A stretch of DNA of 64,000 nucleotides from Eledone cirrhosa. Its lineage: Eukaryota. The DNA lies in assembly GCA_964016885.1 (NCBI GenBank), contig OZ024749.1, positions 21,080,001 to 21,144,000 on the forward strand. Direction: 5' to 3'. The notes beneath the pieces are model-generated. The model was not told the DNA's origin and did no database searches. It worked only from the letters and a program-made list of their open reading frames with translations. This document shows, in pieces, positions 1 to 12,460 of this stretch (position 1 is the stretch's first letter; the number at the start of each line of letters is the position of its first letter). Position numbers and translations under genes: made by a program.

Positions 1-23
1 TTGAACTGGTTTTCAAAAATTCA

Positions 24-1349
24 ATGAATGATATTGCATTCATTCAAAGAAGCAAACTTTTTGGGAGTATTTCGGTACTCATGAAGGATCAATTGACGGC
101 CCAAAATTACTCTGTGTCGCCAATTGTATCCAACCTGTACACCTTTTTCCCTACATACATGGGAAAAAGGACACAAAAGATCAAAATCACGAGTGTCACA
201 CCAAAGGTGAACATATGGTGGATACTGTGCGGCTTCATCAATTTTGATGAAGACAGAATACTGTCAGTAGGAAAGTCCCCCAGAGATGTATTCAATGGGA
301 CTAGCATTGAAGTTCTGGTGCAAATGAGCCCAGAGCGAATAGCTATGATCCCACAACGTGTACTCCTGGACGGACTCACCTACATAAACTTTTCGGTTGA
401 GGGTAGGCGGCCTTCACGTTACCATTGCTTTAGCAGAGGTCACCTGAGGGCTTCCTGTCCTAAATTAATGAATCAAAAGAAGGCTCTTCTGCCGACACCC
501 ATCAAAACAACACAGCCACCAACACCACCACCACAACAACAACAACACCAACACACAAAAATAACCACAACAAACACAGTCCCACCCAACCCCACTCCAC
601 CTAAAACCACTGCAAAATCACATACAGACACAACAGCTCCCCAAGACATACCCCTCCCCAATCACACAGACGATACAACAGATGAGGCTATCTCACCATC
701 ACCCAGTGAAGACGAGGGAGAACCCCATCGCTCGAAAAGAAAGAAAAGACATCACAAAAGCAAAAATCCAGCAAACACTACCACAAACATACAACCACCA
801 ACACAAACAACAAAAATATCACAAACAAAACCCCCACCTCCTGAAAACAAAATACCTACAACAAGACGAAAGCACACACAAGAACTACAGACAAAAACAA
901 ACACAACACAAGAAAATTACACTTACACTTACATAAACACTGAAAACAAAACACTAATGGAGACGATCACGAACGACCCTTCGGTTTGCACCGAAAGGAA
1001 AACTTTCGCCCACTCTATTAAAAATAGCAAAAAACTGAACCTAAAACTGATTAGGGTCCCTATACAAACTTATAGGTCCCTAAAAGAAACATTTGAGAAG
1101 GATGTGGGGAATTCCTGCGTGAAACCACTCAACCGCGTCCTTCTCAAATGTCTCCCCACCCCAGACACCCCCATCCCACCAGACCCACCCCACCAAACAT
1201 CTCCGTCCCCACCCCGCCGGAAACCACCACCCATCCAGACAACCCCTCCAACACCCCCATGGAAATCGTGCGGCCTGGTCCCCAGGAGACGAAGGGTGAG
1301 CGATCTCTTTTCCTTTTTTAACTTTTCAGTACCAACATGGCCAATATAA
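24..1349 (+). pseudogene. Tx1 ORF1 (gag-like RNA-binding protein), partial
   Basis: Homologous to the 625-aa ORF1 at 54831 (FFPTYMGKRTQKI, YINFSVEGRRPS, VKPLNRVLLK). Zinc knuckle reads RYHCFSRGHLRASC, with the first Cys of CX2CX4HX4C lost. Confidence 0.85.
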
Positions 1350-4300
1350 GAGTTGGATGTGTGAACGTACGCGGCCTGGGGATGCCCTGGAAACAGGGCA
1401 AACTCTTAAACGACCTCAGGTCGCACAGTATGGATGTGGTAGCCATTTGCGAGTCCAGGATCCACAGCAAGCGACAGCTGGCCCCCATCTTCGATGACTT
1501 TGAGATCTACGCATCTCTCTGTCAACCGGGGGGTGGGGGCGGAGTTGCCGTTTTGCTGCGGAAACACCTGGGCCTCGTAACACAGACGGTACATCTGGAC
1601 CCGGAGGGTCGACTGGTGGTCCTAGACGTTGACGGTAGTGAAGGTGGAGCCTTCAGGCTGGTGGCCGCATATGCCCCATCCGGGACACCGCGGCCAGACT
1701 TCTTCAAACGTCTAGAGACTTTTCTGGGAACGTCCCGCTCCTTGCTTTTAGTGGGGGACTGGAATGGAATCCTAGATGCACGTTGGGACTATGTGGGAAC
1801 ATGTCCCGATAAAGGGGGGTGTAACAGCCTCAAACAGTTAATCGACCGATTTGACCTGGCCGATAGATATCGACTAGATTTTTCGACTGCGCCACTGTGG
1901 GCGTGGAGTAATCGTAGCGGAACATCTAGATCGTACCTAGATAGGGTTCTAGTTAGAAATAAGGATAGGGACATGTTAAGCTGTCCACAAATGTTCATGG
2001 TTGCCTATTCAGATCACAAACTAGTGACCTGCATGGCCAACCTTGATAGAACCCATAGACAAGGACCCGGCTACTGGAAGCTGAACTTGTCGTTACCGAC
2101 AAGCAAAGCCTACAGTAGACGGATTAGCACTTTAGTTAAACAGCACTTGACAGGGGCCATTGTCAACAACAGATGGTGGTACTGTCTCAAGAGGGCAGTT
2201 AGATTAGACTCGATAGTTTTTAGTAAAGAATTAGCGTTAGATAGAAATAGAACCGAGAAGGAACTGGTAGATAAAGTAGAAGAGGCAATTAGAAGTGGCA
2301 ATGTAGCCAGCGTGCTAGCAACGAGAACGGCCTTGGACCAGTTCTTCGACGCAAAGCACGAGGGCTGCGTTGTCAGAAGCAAAATACGTGCTCTGGGAAA
2401 CGAGGGAGCCAAAGCTGTTAGCTGGGCCCGAGTGACGGAGGCAAAAAGTGGCAACAAGTCCACGATTCGGTCTTTGACGGACCAAAACGGATGCGTGATA
2501 CGTGAGCCGAAGCAGATGTGTGCGGCTTTTCAGCGGCACTTTGCTCAACTGTTAGGGGGGGGGGGGGGCGTGAGGGGGCGGCGCGCCGGGAGAGGCTATG
2601 GATTTCGGTCCATACCTCGACGGCCTACCGCGACTCTCGGACAGTGAGGCAAAGTTCTGCGAAAAGCCGATTTCAGCCACTGAGATAGGGGACGCGCTGA
2701 GCCAATGCGGCAAACGCAAATCTCCAGGTCTCGACGGTCTACCCTACGAATTTTACGTAGCAATGCCGGACTTATTCTCCGGTCTCCTGGAAGCGGTCTA
2801 CTGCAACTGGCAACAGAACGGGAGAATTCCCAGTTCTGTAACCGGGGGCGTGGTCACACTAATCAGGAAGGACGAGAATAAGGGGGATGACATAGGCAAC
2901 TTCCGGCCCATAACTCTGCTAAACACAGAGTTACAGATTTTGGCCAAGGTGTTGGCAAAGAGGCTGGCGCTTGTCGTCGAGAACCTGGTGGGAGAAGCGC
3001 AGACATGCGCAATCCCGACCAGGTCCATTCACGACAACCTCCACCTCATGCGATACATCATAGAGAGGGTAGGGTATAAACCCGGCTTCGGTGGGGCCCT
3101 GATCAACTTGGATCAGTCTAAGGCTTTCGATAGGGTTGACTATCGTTACCTGGATGCAGTGCTCGAGGCGGCAGGCTTCGGACCCGTGTTCAGGGGCTGG
3201 ATTGCTGCAATGCATAACAGCAACATCTGCTCAAGGGTCAAGGTGAACGGCTACCTCTCGGAGCCGTTCCATATTACGCGATCCATTCGACAGGGATGCC
3301 CTCTCTCCTCCCTTCTGTACGTACTGACTCTCGAGCCACTACTGCGGAAGTTGGAGCTATTGCAGGGCATCCCTCTGGAACCGGGACTGCGGAAAGCGGC
3401 GTTGGCCTACGCCGACGACGTGACAGTAATGGTGTCGAGCGCCTCGCAAATCGAGGAAGTCGCCACCTTAATGAAGGAATACGAAAGTTTCACAGGAGCG
3501 AAGCTGAACCGGGACAAGTCCATCGGTTTGCAACTCGGATCGTGGTGAGGCAAACCGATGCCTTCCGATGGCGTCGTCGGATGCTGGACGGAAGGACCGG
3601 TAAAGCTGCTCGGGGTCTGGTTTGGTCCGGACCTCCAGGTGGAGAAGAATTGGAACGAAGTGACGGCCATGGTGTTTGCACTCACCCAGAAGTGGGCCGA
3701 GTGCAAACTATCCTTGAAAGGTGGCGAACACTTTTATAGCGTCCGCCATCTACTACCGCTTGACCGTCGTGCCTTGTCCAGCCAAAACGCTCGCCAAAAT
3801 AGAACGCGCGCTCTTCCGATTCCTTTGGAAGAGGCGGGCTCCTTTGGGAAGAAGATCCATCTGCTGCCAACACCCTTCTAACGGAGGGCTGGGGATGCCG
3901 TGGTTGACGATGCGCAAACACGCGCTCAGGCTGCGGCATCTCTACGTATTCCTCACCGGACAACCGGTGTGGGCCCCGTTCGTGAGGCGAGCCTCCCCAC
4001 GACTCGTCTCGCTGACCGAGCTGCAGTCCTGGGTCAAGCAAAGACTGAGGAAAATGGGCGACTGGCGCATCGAATGTGCTCAGGCGCTCACAGCCCTCTG
4101 GCAGGCGGACCCGGCGATCAGTGGAGACTCCACTTCGTCATTCTATAGAGGGTTGATCCGCAGCAAGTGCGACGACGCGCTCGGTGAAACTCTAGGCGTA
4201 GAGGAAGATGAACTGGCCAGTCTGTTCGGTAGGACCTTCCGCCCGGGACCGATGGACAACTTCCAAAAGTCCCTGGCCTGGCAGTGCTACCGAGGAGCTC

Positions 4301-4782
4301 TACCAGTTCGAGACAAGCTCTACAGACATGGGCGCCCGGGCAGGGACCCTGCAAAAAAGATCTGTCCGAGGTGCGTGCGTAATGAAGAAACCGTCGCGCA
4401 CGCATTCATACACTGCCCGGGCGTCACTGAACTGTGGGGCTATGTAGAACGACTATTGTCGCGGGTGGGACCAATACGGTTGACCACCGAGTCCATTATC
4501 ATGATCAAACCACCACCCTCCTTCAAAAACGAAGGAGAGGCGGTTTTCCTTTGTGTGATAGCTATGGCGAAAGAGGTTGTATGGTGGACAAGGTTGAAAG
4601 GGCTGAGGTCAGACACCTGTCTCTCCGGCCAACAACTGATTCTTTTTTTTCAAATACCACTTTGGAAGAAGAATCAGGATGGAGAGAGAGAGGTGCTGTA
4701 CCCCAGCAAGTTTTATGAAAGGTGGGTGAAAGTGGCGTGAATGGCCCGAGTGAATGGGCCTTCTCTCTATATCAGCCTGTAG
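1337..4782 (+). pseudogene. Tx1 ORF2 (APE endonuclease + reverse transcriptase + CCHC finger), disrupted
   Basis: GCVNVRGL, VGDWN, SYLDR, SDHKLV (APE); KSPGLDG, FRPITLLN, LDQSKAFDRV, RQGCPLS, AYADD (RT); CPRC..ETVAHAFIHC. Frameshifts at the G-run ~2555-2568, at ~3720 and at ~4645-4690; stops at 3546 and 4738. Confidence 0.92.
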
Positions 4783-5021
4783 GTTGAGGAAAAGGAGGAG
4801 GAGAGGAAAGGAGTACAAACTCTTCGTACTCCTGGAGACGAGGGTTGCACATTTTTTCGGGGGTATGTGTTACCCATATAAACTGTCTCCTCCTATTGGG
4901 GAAAATCGACTAACTTTTTAAATTACATTTGTGATAACATTTTACACGTTTCTATTGTATGTAAACTTCCCCCTTTGTATTTGTCCCCTTCTTTTGTGTC
5001 CCTAGGGCTAATAAAGAAACA

Positions 5022-5136
<115 letters not shown>

Positions 5137-5369
5137 TAATCTAGTTGTCGTCTGTTCGATAGCGTAGACGTAATTCACTTCGCGCAGAAGTTTTGTTCCA
5201 ATTTATTGCGGAAATTTTGTAAGTTTAATTTTAATTTTGATACTATAGTGTAGCTTGACCCCCCGTCTGTACTGTCAGGCGGTGGGTGAGCTCATTTTCC
5301 CCCCTCCCAGGGGTGAAAAACCTGTTTAAAAAAAATTTTGTTGCATAAAATTTCAATCGTCTGGGAGAA

Positions 5370-6784
5370 ATGTTAAACGAAGCTAACGAAAACAGTGGTG
5401 GGGGACAGCGGTAAGAGTTGTAAGCTCGCACGCTTTAGTCCCCCTTCCTTCCCAACTAACGTCATAGAGAAGGAAAGAAAAAATAAAATAAAAACAGACG
5501 AATGTGCGGAGAAAAATGTCGACGAAAACACAAATCTGGAGATTGATTCCAACAACAAAAAAAATTTGAAAGAATTGCATGACAATATTAATACCACAAA
5601 CAAAGTAACAACAAACACAAAAATAACATTTGAAAACAACAACATCATAACAGAAAGCAAAACAGACGACAAAGTCAACACCAATAACATCTCATTTGCA
5701 CAAACAACAAAAAAATCTTTAACGTACATACCTGAAAATATTTCAGATGTGGCACAAAGAATAAAAAACGCCAAACAATTCATAACTCAAGGGGAAAATG
5801 GAGCCTTGTCGGTAAAAATGCCCCAAGAACTCACCAAAGATATTGAAAGTCGGACGGTCGTTTTCCGCACCATCAACAACATCTCAAAAAAGCCACAACA
5901 ACCAACACAAGTAGAAATTAAAGCGGTACTTAGAGAAGTATTTAATGAAGCCACTTTCATAAGAAGAGACAGGCTGTATGGAAGCCTGGCCATTATTATG
6001 AAGAACGAATCGGCGGCGAAAAAATATGCTTTGTCGCCGATTCGTTCGACAAATTTTACCTTTTATCCATCTTATATGGGTAAAAGAACTCAGCGCATAT
6101 GGCTGGATGCGATGATGCCAGATATGGACTACTGCTGGCTCATAGCTGGCTTCATCGATCCAGCGAATGACAACGTGATTTCCATTGGGAAAACCACAGG
6201 CAATTCGGAGGAAGAAACGGAGTCCTTCAGACAGATTAAAAGGAAAAAAAGAAAACATGTGCAAAACACACAAGGCCAAACAGCCCCTACCCAAATGTCA
6301 ACACAATCCAACAAAACACAAAACACCCTCCCAGCAACAAACAAAACCAAACCTGCCCCTCCCCTCTTCGAAATACTCACACCATCCGAAAAAAAGACAT
6401 TACACTATACTTACATCAACAGAAACAATAATAAATTAAATGAACTCATAAACAATAACCCTTCGGTACAAACCGAAGGGGTAAACTTTGTTTTTTCAGA
6501 AAACAACCCGCAATTAAAATTAATAAAGGTCCCAATGAACCAATGAACCTCTACCAAAAACTAAAAAAGGATTTTAAGGAGGACGTAGGACCACCCTCTG
6601 TCAAACCCATAAACCGCGTCCTCCTAAAAAGCTTCCCACCTCCCTTCCCCTCCCCAACACAACTCCAAACACCCCAACCCCACCACACACTGACGACCCC
6701 ACACCACCACAAGACACCCCTTCACCCAACACCCCCGACCCCATGGAAGTCGTGCGACCCGAACCCCGGGAAGCAGAAAGGTAG
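5370..6784 (+). pseudogene. Tx1 family B ORF1 with frameshifts and an internal deletion
   Basis: Aligns to 54831-56708. Two 1-nt homopolymer losses near the start, a 504-bp in-frame deletion at ~6202, an 8-bp duplication at ~6533-6548, and a 1-nt loss in the C-rich tract ~6640. Confidence 0.88.
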
Positions 6785-6817
6785 GTCTCTACACTCTTCT
6801 TTGGCTTTGCCGCCCAC

Positions 6818-9800
6818 ATGGATGTGTTAAGAGTAGGATGTTTGAATGCACGTGGCCTGGGCTCAACTTGGAAGCAAGCAAAGCTTCTAAATGACCTCAG
6901 GTCACGTGGTATAAATGTAATGGTTATCTGTGAGACTCGGATCAGCGTCGTGCGGCAGCTGGCCCCTACCCTTGATGACTTTGAGGTGCACGCATCTCTC
7001 TGTCAACCTGGAGGTGGGGGTGGGGTTGTCGTACTGCTGGAAAAACACCTGGGTCTCGCCGTACAGGTTGTTCACTCGGACGCGGAAGGTCGTTTGTTGG
7101 TGCTAGACGTTGGCAGTAGTGGAGGTGCGGCCTTGAGACTGGTCGCCGTCTACTCCCCTTACGGAGCTGAACGACCCGACTTCTTCCAGCGTTTGGAGAC
7201 TTTTCTGGGAACGTCGCGTTCCCTGCTTCTAGCGGGGGACTGGAATGACATCCTAGATGCACGTTGGGACTATGCAGGAGCATGTCCTAATAGAGGGGGG
7301 GGGGTGTAACAGCCTCAAGGGGTTACTCGACCGTTTTAACTTGGTCGATAGATATCGACTAGATTTTCCAACTGTGCCAACCTGGACTTGGACGAACCAC
7401 AGTGGTCAATCTAGATCGTACTTAGATAGATTCTTAGTTAGAAGTAAGGATAGGGACATATTAAGCTGTCCAGAAATGCTCACGGTTGGCTATACAGATC
7501 ACAAATTAGTGACCTCCGTAGTCAACCTTGAGAGAACACATAGGCAGGGTCCCGGTTACTGGAAACTTAATTTGTCTTTACCGGCAAAAGAGGCTTACAG
7601 AGACCGGATTAGCAGATTAGTTAAGGAGAGGTTGACGGGTGCAATCGTCAACAACCGATGGTGGGCATCTCTCAAAAGAGAGATTAGAACAGAATCAATA
7701 AGTTATAGCAAGATGTTAGCTGCCGATAGGAATAGGAACGAGAAAGAATTAACAGGTAAATTAGAAGAGGCAATCAAGAGCGAAGATGTGGCCAGAGTGA
7801 TGGCATCGAGGACGGCCTTGAGCCAGTTTTTCGATGCAAAGCACGAAGGCTGCGTCATTCGAAGTAAAATACGTGCTCTAGGTAATGAGGGGGCCAAAGC
7901 CGTTGGCTGGGCCCGCGTGACAGAAGCTAAGAGTGGAAATCGATCCACCATCCGGTCTTTGCAAGACGAGGATGGACGGGTAATCCGGGAGCCTAAGCAG
8001 ATGTGCGAGGCCTTTCAAAGGCACTTTGCCCGATTATTCGGGGGAGGCGAGGGTCCGGGCGGGGACGTGGATTACGGTCCATACCTCGACGGCCTGCCGC
8101 GTCTCTCGAGCGAAGAGGCAGAGTCCTGCGAGGGACCAATCTTGGCTGATGAGATCGGGGATGCGCTGAGCCAATGAAGCAGACGCAAATCTCCAGGTCT
8201 CGATGTTATACCTTACGAACTTTATTTAGCAATGCCGGTCTTCTTCTCCGAACTCCTCGAAGCAGTCTACTGCAATTGGCAGCAGAACGGGAGAATTCCT
8301 TGTTCTGTAGCCAAGGGCGTAGTCTCGCTGGTGAGGAAGGACGAGAACAAGGGGGATAGTATAAATAATTTTCGGCCCATAACACTGCTAAACACAGAAT
8401 TAAAGATTTTGGCCAAGGTGTTAGCAAAGAGGTTGGCGCTTGTCGTGGGTAGCCTGGTGGGAGATGCGCAGACATGTGCTATCCCATCCAGGTCCATTCA
8501 CGACAACCTCCACCTCATGCGATACATCATAGAGAGGGTTGGCAACAAACCCGGATTCGGTGGGGCCCTGATCAACTTGGATCAGTCTAAGGCGTTCGAT
8601 AGGGTCGACCATGGTTACCTGGATGCGGTGCTAGCGGCGGCTGGGTTCGGTCCTGTTTTCAGAGGCTGGATCACCGCCTTACATAGCAACCACATCTGTT
8701 CTAGGATCAAGGTGAACGGCTACATTTCGAAGCCGTTCGAAATCACACGATCCATTCGACAGGGGTGCCCTCTCTCCTCCCTTCTGTACGTATTGACTCT
8801 CGAGCCTTTACTGAGGAAGTTGGAGTTGTTGCAGGGTATCCCCCTGGAACGAGGATTGAGCAAAGCGGTGTCGGCCTACGCCGATGACGTAACAGTAATG
8901 GTATCGACCGACTCGGAGATCGAGGCGATCGGTACCTTACTGGAGGAATACGAAAGGTTGTCAGGAGCGAAACTGAACCGGGAAAATTCCATCGGACTGC
9001 AACTCAGAACGTGGAGAGGCAGACCGATGTCTCCCGACGGTGTCGTCGGACACTGGACGGAGGGCCCGGTGAAGTTGCTTGGGGTCTGGTTTGGACCGGA
9101 CCTCCAGGTGGAAAAGAACTGGGGCGAGGTTACGAGCAAGGTGTTTGCACTGACCCAGAAATGGGCCAAGTGTAAGCTGTCCCTGAAAGGTCGGGCGGAG
9201 GTGGCGAACATTTACATAGCGTCCGTCACCTACTACCGCCTGACTGTCGTGCTTTGCCCTAAGGAAACACTCACCACCATGGAACGCATGCTCTTTCAAT
9301 TTCTTTGGAAGAAGCGCCCTCCTATGGTGAGAAGATCCATCTGCTGCCAACAACCTTCGAAAGGAGGGCTGGGGATGCCGTGGTTGATGATGCGTAGGCA
9401 CGCATTAAGGCTACGGAACCTCCAGGTATTCCTCACTGGTCATCCGGTGTGGGCTCCGTTCGTGAGACGAGCCTTTCTGAGCCTCGTCTCGCTCACCGAG
9501 CTGCAGTTCTGGATCAAGAAAAGATCCGGAAAACTGGGCGACTGGCACACTGAGTGTGCCCAGGCGCTCAGGGCTCTCTGGCAAGCTGACCCGGCCATCG
9601 GTGGAGAATCCACCTCGTCATTCTATAGAGGGCTTGTGGCTAGCAGGGGCGATGACACCCTTGAGAGTCGCTGGACATGGAAGAGGACGAACTGGCCAGC
9701 CTGTTCGGTAGGACTTTCGGCCCGGGACCAATGGACAACTTCCAGAAGTTACTGGCCTGGCAGTGCTACCGGGGGGCTCTACCCGTTCGAGAAAAGCTCT

Positions 9801-10260
9801 ACAGACACGAGCGCCCGGGCAGGGATCCCTCGAAAAAGATTTGCCCTAGATGCGTGCGTCACGAAGAAACCGTTGCGCACGCATTGGTGCACTGTCCGGG
9901 TGTGGCTGATCTGTGGGGCTACGCCGAACGACTGCTGTCGCGGGTGGCGCCGATTCGATTGACCGCCGAGTCCGTGATAACAATCAAGCCGCCTCCCCTC
10001 TTCACAAAGGAAGCAAAGGCGGTTTTTCTGTGCGTAATAGCCATGTTGAAAGAGATTGTTTGGTGAACACGATTGAAAGGTCTGAGGTCAGGCAACTTCC
10101 TTTCTGGCCATAGTCTGGTCTACTTCTTCCGATATCACTTCGGAAGAAGGATAAGAATGGAGAGAGAGAGGTGCTTGGCCACGTGCAGTTTTATGAAAGG
10201 TGGGTGATAGTGGCAAGAATGGCTCGTGTAAATGGGCCTTCTCTGTATACCATCCTGTAG
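6818..10260 (+). pseudogene. Tx1 family B ORF2 (APE-RT-CCHC), disrupted
   Basis: Aligns to 56742-60178. G-run expansion at ~7295, TGC>TGA at 8175, frameshift ~9663, TGG>TGA ~10064, +2 nt ~10165. Confidence 0.92.
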
Positions 10261-10473
10261 GTAAAGAAGTGAAGGAGAGGGGAGCAACTTCTCCATGTGC
10301 TCCCCGGGCAAAGGATTGCACACTTTTTCGGGGGTGTGTGCAACCCCCATCACGTCCCGTCCCTTTTGAGGTTGTTTTTGATTATTTTCATTTTATACCC
10401 TTTTTACTCGGTTTCATGTAAACTCCCCCTTTGTATTTGTCCCTTCTTTTATGCCTTTATGGTAAATAAAGTA

Positions 10474-10602
<129 letters not shown>

Positions 10603-10921
10603 AACCTCCGCTGTTTATTTTATAGTTCACCATCTATCATAGAATCGTCACTCACATATGACATAAGATATAAATGTAGTCATACATACAACACAATTTA
10701 TTACATAACGTTCATAACCTTATGTTAGTTTCATTTCATATTAAATGAATCAGTGAAGAATACGCTACATCATAAGCACGATCTTTCTGATTCTGAAGAT
10801 GGGGTTGTAAAAGTCTCGAAACTTAAATAAAAGAATGGCTTTAGGAAAGGTATTTATTGTTCCAAATCAGCTAGTTGTTGAAACGGCAAGACTCAGCTGT
10901 CGGGCTCCCGACTCTTTATAA

Positions 10922-11840
10922 TCTAAACTATAATAAAGGAAGGTCTGCGGAACTGCGTACGGTTTATTTTTTTTTATCCCGTTAGTAAAATAAGTTGGAT
11001 TACTTTGAATAAATAATTGTTTCTACTTTAGGCACAAGGCCAGTAATTACCCAGTGCATTACTGGTACTTTATTTTATCGACCCCGTAAGGATGAAAGGC
11101 AAAGTTAACCTCGGCGGGATATGAACTCAGACTGTAAAAGACATAACTATGCTAGAAAGCATGGCGTTCAACCCTCTACCGATACTGCCAATTCACTGCC
11201 CTTTGAATAAATAATTGTTGCTACTTTAGGCACAAGGCCAGCAATTACTCAGTACATTACTGGTACTTTATTTTATCGACCCCGTAAGGATGAAAGGCAA
11301 AGTCAACCTCAGCAGGATTTGAACTCAGACCGTAAAGGGACGTAACTATGCTGGAAAGCATGGCGTCGGACGCTCTACCGATACTGCCAATTCACTGCCC
11401 TTTGAATAAATAATGAATGAATATTACATAATTTATCTACTAAATTTCGTAAACAAAAATAATTTCGTAAAAATAAATAATTTAAAATTGACTTCTTTTC
11501 AAAGTTGCACTTCCGGTATATCGTTGCCACCACTGCAACTACCATATATATAGAAAGAGAGAGAGTGTGCGATGTCAACACTTCCGGTGGCGATCACTTA
11601 AATAAACCTACTAATTTTCTGTTACTAATTTATATATAATATCGTCTTTTTTAATGTATGGATTACGTTACTGATTACATAAGAGAGTGTAACACAGTCT
11701 TCGTTCAATTTCTGTGTATATTGTCAATAACGATTTTATTTCATGTATCATATCTACATGTATATATACTTGTGTATAATATCAATATACACACTACACA
11801 TGCTAGCAGAAAATCACCCGAAGGGTGGTTTTTCTGCTAG
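10922..11840 (+). mobile_element. Non-autonomous Helitron carrying two SINE insertions
   Basis: A|TCTAAACTATAATAAAGG 5' end; CACCC-GAA-GGGTG hairpin 9 nt before the terminal CTAG|T; no TSD. A second copy with the same ends lies at 61186-61903 (minus). Confidence 0.8.
11013..11400 (-). mobile_element. Two tandem tRNA-derived SINEs (11013-11201 and 11211-11400)
   Basis: Minus-strand head GGGCAGTGAATTGGCAG...GAGTTCAAATCC (A/B-box-like); body GCCTTTCATCCTTACGGGGTCGATAAAATAAAGTACCAG. Both are bounded by the repeated TTTGAATAAATAAT (11004, 11202, 11401). Confidence 0.88.
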
Positions 11841-11935
11841 TATAATATAATATAATATATATATATATACATGAAAAGATTCAAGTATCGAGTACTCTGG
11901 TGGGTTATGGTCCACCTGGTATTTTACTTCACCCT

Positions 11936-12040
<105 letters not shown>

Positions 12041-12059
12041 GTGTGTGTGTATGTATACG

Positions 12060-12290
12060 AAACACAAATAGGCACCACAAAACAAACAAAACAAGATGGC
12101 GTAGAGGTTTAAGACCAGGAAAAAGAGGAGACACAAAACCGATAATCATTGAGGAGGTAACAGAATGTGTGACGAAAGAAAGTTGAAAAATAAATGAATA
12201 ACAGACAATAAAGATAAAGTGAAAATTATATGGTGCGTGTGTTTCTTTCTATTGGCAATATTGGCAACATGACCCTTCCTAAATATACCA
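12060..12290 (+). mobile_element. Diverged solo pseudo-LTR related to the Naiad-like PLE at 19562-23658
   Basis: Shares AArATGGCGTAG, a decayed hammerhead core (TTGAGGAGGTAACAGAATGTGTGACGAAAG) and TGGTGCGTGTGTTTC...TTGGCAACATGACC with 23410-23645. Confidence 0.65.
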
Positions 12291-12460
12291 TATATGTATA
12301 TATTAGTATATATGAATATATATACATATACGTATGTATATATTACTCTATATACATATATGTATATATAAGTATATAAATAAAATACAGAGTTACTAAC
12401 TCATATTGATACCCTGTAATTAACAAACTCAAAGTATAAATACTGAGCATTATATAATAA

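Larger units (their letters stand above)
1..5021 (+). mobile_element. Tx1-clade non-LTR retrotransposon, family A (5' end lies outside the window), decayed
   Basis: ORF1, then ORF2 with APE, RT and a C-terminal CCHC finger. 3' UTR with AATAAA at 5010-5015, followed directly by (TATC)n. GPGYWKLN and GGLGMP motifs are typical of Tx1/L1-group ORF2. Confidence 0.9.
5137..10473 (+). mobile_element. Tx1-clade LINE, family B, full-length but decayed
   Basis: Same 5' end (TAATCTAGyTGTCGTCTGTTC) as the copy at 54598. ORF1 + ORF2; AATAAA at 10465-10470; flanked on both sides by (TATC)n. Confidence 0.93.

Noticed and set aside
1240-1349. Apparent ORF1/ORF2 overlap (..PTWPI*, and ..PTWMC* at 6830) suggesting translational coupling
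   Set aside because: Differences between the two B copies are synonymous in the PMEVV..EAER* frame used at 56708, so the overlapping frame comes from indels in C-rich tracts.
2555-2568. G-run frameshifts (also ~7295 and 15910-15928) as programmed frameshift sites
   Set aside because: Homologous copies have short runs with open frames; these are slippage or homopolymer sequencing errors.
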